Shown here: positions 54,407 through 63,271 of the stretch, piece after piece
Layout of the letters: every line of letters starts with the position of its first letter
Position numbering within the stretch: position 1 is the stretch's first letter
Source: Octopus bimaculoides
Taxonomy: Eukaryota
Assembly: GCF_001194135.2 (NCBI RefSeq)
Contig: NC_068998.1
Location: forward strand, 7,711,636-7,774,906
Length of the DNA stretch: 63,271 nt
Direction: 5' to 3'
Notes under the pieces: generated by a model
Told to the model about the DNA's origin: nothing
Databases searched by the model: none
The model's input: only the letters and a program-made list of their open reading frames with translations
Program-made: the position numbers and the translations under genes

Positions 54407-54562
54407 CTGAGTGTATCTTTAGGAGTGTACATTTATGTATATGTATATATATATATATATATAATATATTATTAATTTAGAGGCCTTATTATATAATAGT
54501 TTATATATATATATATATCTGAGTGTATCTTTAGGAGTGTACATTTATGTATATGTATATAT
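54407..54562 (+). repeat. Perfect 44-bp direct duplication (54407-54450 = 54519-54562)
   Basis: 'ctgagtgtatctttaggagtgtacatttatgtatatgtatatat' occurs twice, each copy preceded by (TA)n. Confidence 0.9.
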
Positions 54563-55705
54563 ATCAACACACACACACGTACATAAACACATACACACAC
54601 GCACAGGCTATAAGTTACACATACCTTGCAAAGGCGATATTCCAATTTAATAGTTTGTCAAAGGAAATTAAATTGCGTTCTTTTGACGAAAGTAGGAAAG
54701 CTTCTGTTGTATTTATTTAAATACACAGATATGTAATTAGAATGTCTACAATGTTCATTTTAGCAATGCGTATAAAGTACATTTAAGTTAAGTCGAGAAC
54801 TAGAACAGGTTCGGTGCGTTGATTCTCCAGAAATGTATCCTTTGTCTTTTTTTACTTTTTTTCTTTCTGTCATCTTTGCCTATTCAAAGGAGATTAATAC
54901 TGCTTAATATGAAAGACACAGCTTCTCTGATTATTAGGTGATAGAAAGATTACCTGAAGATAAAAGGCGGTGAAAGATAAATGAAATATATACTTCGAAC
55001 AATATCTCTACAGGAGCTTCCATATCGACCGTGGTGTCTTCCGCGTTATTCCGTTCGTCATTGCTTTGAAATGCGTTCACAAAATGCAGTATGAAGTAAA
55101 TAAATGGTTCATTATAAACTCGAATCTTTGTTCGCTGTCAAATGTAATTAATTATTTCGTTTTTCATTGTGAGGACAATTAGTAAATAGAAGTTTGAAAC
55201 TTCAAAGTAAATTCACGTGATTTAACAGATTAAATTATATCAAAATATAAAAATAAGATAAAATGTTGGCGTCTTTTCAAAGACAAAGATTTATCACTGA
55301 TTGAGATGCTAAATATTACTTTTCAAATTGAATCTAAACAAAGACTTGCCAATTTGAAATATCGCAATAGTTATGATGTTATGACGCTTCTACTTTACTT
55401 ATCATAATTGTTGCATTTACAATTAGGACATTGGGGAAATTTGAGGAGAAATAATGTCTGTTGAGTGGAGCTGCTTTGGCCTCTCATATATATATTCCTC
55501 CAACCGATAGTCATAAAGATTGTTGCATTTATTCGGATATTTGGTAAAATTTAGGAGTTAAATGCGTGTTTGGAGAGTTATTTTCGTCTCTTATATGATT
55601 ATCGAACCTCTGTTTATTATAATTGTTGTATTCTCCAGTAGCACATTCGGTAAATTAAAGGGGAGAAATGTGTTCAGTAGAGAAGCTATCGTATCTTGTA
55701 TATGA

Positions 55706-55920
55706 TAATGGTTTCAAATATCGGCAGAAGGCCAGCAATATTAGCTGAGTGGAGAACGTCGATTTCATTGATGCTAACGTTCAGCTAATACTTATTTCAT
55801 TCACGCCGAAAACAATAGAAGGAAAATCGAGAAAGGTGGAATTTGGATTCAGAACAGAATGAGTTGCAAAACATCGAACAAAGCATTTTTCTGATGCTCT
55901 AAAAGTTCAACCGTCTCTGC
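55706..55920 (-). mobile_element. Highly degenerate SINE family B
   Basis: 'aataatggtttcaaat...ggtggaatttggattcagaac...gatgctctaa' colinear with 29636-29848. Confidence 0.5.
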
Positions 55921-56229
55921 CTATATGGCAGGTTAGCTTCGGAGGTTAAGCTGAAGAAGGTGTTAGTAGTACCAATAGTTGTCGGAGCCCTGAGAACAGT
56001 GAGGAAAAATCTTGAGAAGTACATGGAACAAATAGGGGCTGTAATAAGGGTGGAGCACTTGCAGGAAACAGAACCGATTGGAAACGCTCGAATACTCCGG
56101 ATGGTGTTTGAAACATAAGGGGTGTTACCTTAGTTCACTGGTAGTGAACAGCTGACACATTACTACATCTCCAGCGTTAGAAGCTGTGAAAAGACAATTA
56201 ACTAATAATAATAATAATAATAATAATAA
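55921..56229 (+). mobile_element. 5'-truncated R4/Dong-clade (RLE-type) non-LTR retrotransposon: ORF C-terminus, 3' UTR and (TAA)n tail
   Basis: 55921-56118 translates to LYGRLASEVKLKKVLVVPIVVGALRTVRKNLEKYMEQIGAVIRVEHLQETEPIGNARILRMVFET*. This fits the V.V.PIV.GALG...L.K.L..LG......LQK..L.GTARILR.VL C-terminus of restriction-like-endonuclease LINEs. Confidence 0.8.
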
Positions 56230-56538
56230 CCATAGGAGGGTTCTTGGCATCTAAAGTTACTTCTTGTTTAATGGCTAGTCGATCTCATCGTAATTTGAAC
56301 TCAGAACGTAAAAACGGAATAATGAAACTACTATTTAGAGAATGAGTATTTTATAAATATATTTAGCTGTTCTTCTGATTCATTATATTCGAAGTTATAC
56401 GTTTAGAAAAATAACGCTCACTGGCTTGGAAAAAAAAAAAAAAAAAACATGTCTTTCCGTTTCTTTCTGTTCCTAAATTTAAACAGTATTGTTGTTCAGA
56501 AACGGAAACTCAGCATTGATCTGCCAGAAAATAAACGA

Positions 56539-56617
<79 letters not shown>

Positions 56618-57619
56618 GTAAGAAAGGAATAAGATAAATGATAATTGAGAAAAATATATTAAAACAAAAAATTGAATAAATCGGATATAATTAGAGGGAA
56701 AACAATGTGAATAAAATGTGGTAAATGATGGGGAAGCAAAAAATGGATCGGTTATGCGAAATCCAGGATACAATGGCCCAAAATTGAGGATCACTCTACG
56801 TCACAAACTATCGAGAAATCATGATCGGGTTACATTTCTTTTAATATACAAATGAACGTTTATTTACAAGAAAAGTGTAATGATGACGATGATGATGATG
56901 ATGATGGGTATGACGATGAGGAGGTGGAAGATGGCGGTGTGGGATGGGGTTTGGCGGTGGTGTTGGGGTTGCTGGTGGTGATGATAGTAATAATAACAAC
57001 AACAACAACAACAGAAACAATGACAACAAATAGAAAAAAAGACGAACGTTTTGTCCTCATGAAAAAGCTTCCGGTTCGGAAGTTCATTTACAAAATATGT
57101 GGGATGTTTGGTGTTTAGAAAGAAGGAGCATACAACAACAACAAGTAAAAGTGAAACCACAATGTATTCCCATTTTCTTTATGAAAACATTCTTGTTTTC
57201 ACAGCATTGTTTTATGCCACTTGTTTCAGTGCACTGTGCTGCAACTTAAACAATACATAATCCCATTTCTTGAATTAATCTGTGTTGCAGACTTTTTTGT
57301 TGCTCTTGTTATTTGTGTCGAATTTGTCTTTTAAGAAATAACACGCATTATGATTACTTAGAAAATTCTTTTAAAATTTTATCTTTGATCTTCAACTTAG
57401 AATTTAAGAGGGAATTAACCCCCTGTGCAATTGTATGCTAATGTTGTACATATCTATGTATGAGTGATGTCGTTATGCGAAAGAGTCGATGTCGTTAGAT
57501 ACTCGGACATTACGACTTGAGATGCTGCTGTTGTAGTTGCTGATTCTACCGCTAATTCGATGTTGATGGAGTCTGTCAACACACCCACCCCGAATCAATG
57601 TATAAGTAAACGTTTCTAA

Positions 57620-58030
57620 TTTAGACAAAAGACCAACAGTTTTCATTAGAGGACGTTAGGAAATGTCATCGACCCTTATCTCGGACTGGGACACTGTTCT
57701 ACCGACCTTGAACATTGAAAGGTGATGTAAGATGGTAGGATTTAAGCTTAGAAATTAAGAATCTAAAGAAGTAACTGGACGGTATTTTTGACTGATGCTC
57801 TAACGATTTTCCCTGCTCACCGTCTTATGCGATCACATTGATAATGGTTTCAAACATTGGCAGATGAGCAGCCACCGTAGGAGGAAAATAAAGAAGTAGT
57901 CGACAACTTCGATTCCAGTGAGACACTAGTACTTATTTCATCGACCCTTGAAAGAATGTACGGCCAAGTCAACCCCGGTTGAATTTGAAATCAGAACATA
58001 ATATGGAAGCAATGGCACTAATTCTGCAAC
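57620..58030 (-). mobile_element. Two degenerate tandem SINE family B copies
   Basis: 'catcgacccttatctcggactggg...gatgctctaacgatt' and 'aatggtttcaaac...agtacttatttcatcgaccc...gtcaaccccggttgaatttgaaatcagaac'. Confidence 0.55.
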
Positions 58031-58807
58031 CTTGCTACATTACGTGAGTGCACTAATGATAATAAATAATTGAACATGAAATCGAAACTGACCCATCGGC
58101 TGCTTACGATTTGTTCTGCGGTGCACTCTTCTAAAATGTATGAAACTAAAGAAAAATAGATGTTTGTAAATCAATTGAAAAAACTTTTATATAACAAGTT
58201 ACCATGGTAAGGAAAAAACAATAAAAATGCTATAATATTCGAAAAAGTATAAATATTTAAACAAAACAGACAAGAGATTAACGGTTCAAAGAACCAAAAC
58301 TTTTATATATTCTCGTGGGGAATGAGACGAAAGTTTAAAATGTCATATAATGCATGTGCATACAAGTAGAGACAAAACGTGTCTTCCCCAGGGAATAAGA
58401 AGAATTTCGTGTCAGTGAACGAAAATAATTCCTTTATTAATTACAAACCAATACTACTATTGGTTACTGAGGCAGAGACAAAATAATAAATTTAGGAATA
58501 TGGCTTTATTTTTCACAATAGTTTTATCAATGCAATAAACTTCACATAGGCTAAGATATGGAAAATAATATTGGTGGTAGGTTGGACCGGATGAGATGTT
58601 TCTTCATTGTGTAATAAAAGGGGTATATTTTCTTGTATATTGTAGATCCTTACTTCAAAGGCATCATTGTTGAATGGGGTTAGACCAGTTGGGTGAACAA
58701 AACAAAGAATAGAAGGTCTGCTTTTTACTCACGCTTCCATCAAGCGGTATTTAAGTTACACTTACGATTTACACACACACACACGCACACACACACATAT
58801 ATATATA

Positions 58808-59024
58808 CGAGTGCGTGCTGAAAACTTTATTGCTTTGGGTAAAAGAAAATACAGTAGGATCAGATAATTACGATATTATTCAACATATTTCAGTCTCAGG
58901 CTCACACACTTATTGCAGTGATCCTTCACTTTTTTCTTAGCTTGAAAAAGAATTCGAAAGGTTGGGCCTCCAGCCAGGTTTTTTGTGATACCCTTAACGC
59001 TAGGAACTTTTCAGCATCCCCTCG
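58808..59024. mobile_element. Tc1/mariner-type MITE
   Basis: TA|CGAGTGCGTGCTGAAAACTTT ... AAGTTCCT-type inverted end, i.e. right end 'ggaacttttcagcatcccctcg|TA'; TA duplication; CGAGGGG start as in irritans-subfamily mariners (Hsmar2-like); 217 bp. Confidence 0.8.
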
Positions 59025-59139
59025 TATACACACGCGCGCATACATACATACATACATACATACATACATACATGCAAATATACATACCTACATATGTACG
59101 TACATGCTTACATACATGCATACATATGTATATTCTTAA

Positions 59140-59420
59140 CTGGCACTCTGTCGGTTACGTTGATAAGCGTCCTAATTGAACCGATCAACGAAAGAGCTTG
59201 CTCGCAAAATTAATGTGCAAGTGTTTGAGCCGTCCACAGACTCTTAACGTAGTTCTCGGGGATAATCAGCTTGTCATAAAATGTGACGAGGCTCACCCTC
59301 GAATTCTCGGCAGAACCCATTTTTGGCAGCATCGTGAAATAAAGTGTCTTGCTCAAGGACACAAAGCGTCCCCAGGAATCAACTCTGCTCCTCAGAATTT
59401 AAGAAGCGTGATTTCCAGAT
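59140..59420 (-). mobile_element. Degenerate SINE family C
   Basis: 'ttgctcgcaaaattaatgtgcaagtg...cttaacgtagttctcgggga...cgtgaaataaagtgtcttgctcaaggacac'. Confidence 0.7.
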
Positions 59421-59844
59421 AAGGGAGCGAATATTTATGTCTATGCCTTGAATAATGGAAACCATATAAAATCATAAACTGTAAGTTATATTTGAATATT
59501 TTCCTATGAATGTAAATAATCAGCAAATCGCTCTGCTTCATTTTTCATCTTTGAAAGATCTTATTAAAGCTGGAGTACGTGTACTCTGTGATAAAGAATG
59601 AATTTATAATTAATGCTACATATTTTTCCATTACATTACTCTAGAAAGTTCTTGTCATGTCTTCGGAAATTGGGCTTTTTTTTCATCACGATATTACTTA
59701 AACGAGAATATGCGATGAACTCAAATAACATACACCAAAGCAGTCATCAGCCTGAATGCACATATGAAACAAGGATATATTTCTTGGCGTAGTTAATATT
59801 GTTATGCAGATGTCTGCATGAATGTTGCAATATCTCTACTTGCT

Positions 59845-60065
59845 GTAAGGCGGCAATCAGGCAGAATATTTAGCACGCCGGGCAAAGCAATGTGCTTAGC
59901 GACATAACGTGCGTCTTTACGATCTAATTTCAATTTCCTCCCAAATCGAACTTTTCTTTCATTCTGTCGGTGTTGATAAAATAAATAAGTATTAGTTCAG
60001 CACGGAACTCGATATAATAAAACTTATCAACTCCCACAAAATTGTTGGCCTTGTGCCAAAGTTCG
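59845..60065 (+). mobile_element. Degenerate SINE family B
   Basis: 'aaggcggc...ggcagaatatttagcacgccgggc...ggccttgtgccaaagttcgaaac'. Confidence 0.6.
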
Positions 60066-61311
60066 AAACAAATTCGAATTCAGGGAAGTTGAACGATTGA
60101 GCAATTTTCACTTGACTTAGTTCTCTCAGTCGGGACTGCAAGCTGTATTACTAGAGTTACGAGAGGAGGCTTCAATTAAACGTCATAGTTCCATAAGTGA
60201 AAATGCAGAACGCTGATAAGTTACCAGACGAGCTGAGTTTAAGACGAATGTTCGGTTACTGGGTGATTTTATCTCATAGGATTTTCTGTTTTTTGCTTAT
60301 AACTTATTTCTCCGAATGTAATAAATACTCTGAAGGAAGGAGAGCTCCACAAGCCTGTATTGCCCCTTAACACTGACATTTTGCTTCAAAACCAAGCGAA
60401 CTTGAAAATTTAAAAAACTCTAAGGAAGCTCTAACAGCGCTACGCCATTTTATTACTGTTTTTAGAAAAGAGCACCAATCAGATAAATTTACTACAAAAT
60501 GTAATTGCAGTTCTATATTTAAGAGATGAGGAATTATGTACATTATATATTTTAAATTCGATTCAAGTATTATCCCCGTTTTTAGTTGGCAACAATTACG
60601 ACTTTTTTCATAATACACAATTTCATAGTGGAATTATTTATATAACCAGAAATACAACACAACTGCATACTTGTTTCTATCAACAATAACGTTGTGAATC
60701 AATAAGCGTGCCATTAATGTTATAGTATTCAAAACCTACTTGTAAAATGGAGGAAGTTTTCATCAGTTTAAAATAGCGAACATAAGACATCCGGCCTGCT
60801 CTCGAATTCCCATGCCGTTTCCTTTGTTGACATGAACGCCTACTAAAACCGATTAAAAGTGAACTAATTAGTACTAATTTTGCATTAAACGGAAAAGTGC
60901 TGACTGCAAGAATATATATATATATATATAAACAAATAGAATTATATTCAAAAGAAATGACTTTGCCGTAAATGACACCAGCCGACGCGCATTCATGTCG
61001 TGAATAAACAGAAACGAAATTGAATTCTGGACGCATGCTCATAGGAATTGAAAAAGACATTTGCTTTGCAATGTTTGTATATGGTCACCGGAATTAACGA
61101 ATTTATTCCCAAATATTTGTGCGCACTCACGTGCATTACTATGCTGTTAGATGAACTCATCAGCATACAATTAACATAAGTGAATTGTCCTGTTCAGCAT
61201 TCGCAAAGATCTCTTATTCTAGAATTATAACAATTTTCATTTAATTATTTTCTTCCATTATTTGAAGGTAAATAGTTTCCACTTCGTTCAAGCTTTCATC
61301 GACCTTTCTAG

Positions 61312-61400
61312 TTCCACTTTGGAAAGAAGATGAATTTGAAGAAGGGCCGGGATTCTTACCAATTGAATTTTTGAAACGATGGTTGACTGCTACGAAAATG
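61312..61400 (+). CDS. Putative internal exon, unidentified protein (xPLWKEDEFEEGPGFLPIEFLKRWLTATKM)
   Basis: Acceptor 'gacctttctag', donor 'ATG|gtaaaa'; phase 1 to 0; protein-like composition; joins in frame to the next exon. Confidence 0.55.
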
Positions 61401-61630
61401 GTAAAAGTAGTAGCAAATATTCTAAGCATTTACTTGCAATTCTGAGAACAACATGATGGACAAACAGTTGTCTGTTTGTCCCAATTTAGAACTCCTCTCG
61501 CATTATTGCCCTCACCAACGTCGTTAACAAGGTGAGGCAAATGGTGTTACTCTTTCTGGAGGTTATGATGAAAAAGTGGTATGATGGACGTAGCTGAAAA
61601 AGAATTGATGATAAACAACCCTTTCTACAG

Positions 61631-61753
61631 AGAAGCCTTCATCGACTGTTTCCAGGTGTACATTTAAAGGAAAGTGATGATGAAGAACGAAACACTTTCT
61701 GTGTGTTTACATCACTACCAAATATCGATAATGAAAGAACCTCGGAATGGAGG
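61631..61753 (+). CDS. Putative internal exon (RSLHRLFPGVHLKESDDEERNTFCVFTSLPNIDNERTSEWR)
   Basis: Acceptor 'caaccctttctacag', donor 'AGG|gtgcga'; 123 nt, phase 0 to 0, open in the frame required by the previous exon. Confidence 0.55.
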
Positions 61754-62141
61754 GTGCGATTTCACTTTTCAAATACCTTAGTTCTGTGTACAAAGTCAGA
61801 CAATTTGTATTAAAGTTTTCCCCTCTTTCGGAATGTCGATAAAGCGATAACCTTCAGTACATTAATATTGAGACAATGAGACATGCCTCTACAAAATAAA
61901 CCGTGTGCGTTGATATGAAATATATTTCAATTTTTGAAGAATTATTTAAGTGACTTAAACAAAGGAGGAACTTATCCTTGACTTAAGTGTTTCCTAAAGG
62001 AAGGATCTATGTTCCTGTTTAAATTGCTTTCATCAATGCAATTGTAACTATATATACTTTTACCGCATCATTTTTTGTCTCCTCATCCATGTTCATATAA
62101 CCTGTCTTTTTAATGAGCGTATCGTCCGATACCCTTTGTAG

Positions 62142-62198
62142 TATCCAACACCTCTTACGCTACATCTTCATATACTTAAACAAGTTTTTATTCAATAA
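62142..62198 (+). CDS. Putative terminal exon (YPTPLTLHLHILKQVFIQ*)
   Basis: Acceptor 'gataccctttgtag'; phase 0; TAA at 62196-62198; AATAAA at 62209-62214. Confidence 0.4.
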   Translation, partial: YPTPLTLHLHILKQVFIQ

Positions 62199-63271
62199 TA
62201 TAGTCAGAAATAAACATAAATCGTAAGACGGTCAATGTTGGTATCACTTTCATTTATGTGTTCTGGGACATGGTTGAAATCAGATCAAAGAATCAATTTA
62301 TTTTTGTTAGAAACCATTTTTATGCATACATTTTGTAAGAAGATTTCTGTGAAAAGAATTCCAATGTTTGGCATCAGCCAGAAACTGGAATATAAGTGCG
62401 TGGTTACATGCTCTGCTAGATATAGCAACATCATCCTATATACTTCAATGTTAAACTATAACAGTATATAATGAAATAGACTTTGGAACATGTATTTGAA
62501 GTAATGCTGCATCAAATATATAATGCAGGATGGCCACAACTGGAATGCATTTGATGGTAGGTCGTTTCAATGAAAAAATTTATTGACCTTTGACTCAATG
62601 AGAACATCAACAGCAACAACAACAACAACAGTTGCAACAAAAATACGAATGAATGATTGAAAAACAGTTACAGAGCGTTACAACGTACTATACTCGAGCA
62701 CAGCAACGCTTGAAAATTAGTGCAATTAAGAAATAAAAGAAATAAAAATACATAGTCCGCACTTGCATCAAAGCTACGTTCTGATAATTACGGTCGATTC
62801 TTGAGATCAGGCAGTATTTGAACACAAAATAATGAGACAAAAGAGAATAACGTATATCATCAAAACCACACGAAACCTACCACCTAACACTAACCTCCAA
62901 TGATGTGAAGTCATTAGCGAAAAGCCAACTAATTATTTGAAAGAAATTTTCTCTCCTATAACCAATTACTTTACGATGTGAACACCAGTCCTCACGTTTG
63001 ATTTGAGTCACTTCAGATATTATTTGTCACTAATTCATGGTCAATTGCACACTGGCGATGCGTATAAATAATACGTGGTCAGTGAATAGTTCACCAATAA
63101 ATTCACCGACTTCTCCCCGAGACATCATGACTTGTTGGTGTGGAGGATGAGAAAGGAATTAGAGAAAAAACACACTTACATGCCAACATACACGCACATA
63201 CACTTTCATATACACTTAACTTCACACGCAAAAATATATACATATTTACTCGTATATATATATATATATAT

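Noticed and set aside
61241-61429. 62-aa minus ORF with a hydrophobic N-terminus
   Set aside because: It is the antisense shadow of the better-supported + exon 61312-61400.

Overview
This is eukaryotic, very AT-rich genomic DNA, almost entirely non-coding, from a gapped draft assembly. The N-runs mostly sit inside or beside (TA)n/(CA)n arrays. The repeat content looks like an Octopus (coleoid cephalopod) genome; this is inferred from recognising the repeats, not from a search. Simple repeats dominate. There are dozens of copies or fragments of three tRNA-derived SINE groups, labelled A, B and C here. A and C carry a CORE-like 'ccttgggcaagtgtctt / ccttgagcaagacactt' segment. Also present: a 5'-truncated R4/Dong-type LINE C-terminus (55.9-56.2 kb), a mariner-type MITE, a piggyBac-type TTAA MITE and a possible solo LTR. 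Five unrelated fold-back elements lie next to TA repeats, two of them near-perfect 64-bp and 90-bp-arm hairpins. Essentially all ORFs in the supplied track are microsatellite or gap artefacts or chance ORFs. The only credible host coding signal is a phase-consistent three-exon C-terminal chain on + (61312-62198) for a protein I cannot identify. No CRISPR array, rRNA or intact tRNA was seen. SINE family labels are mine and SINE boundaries are approximate.
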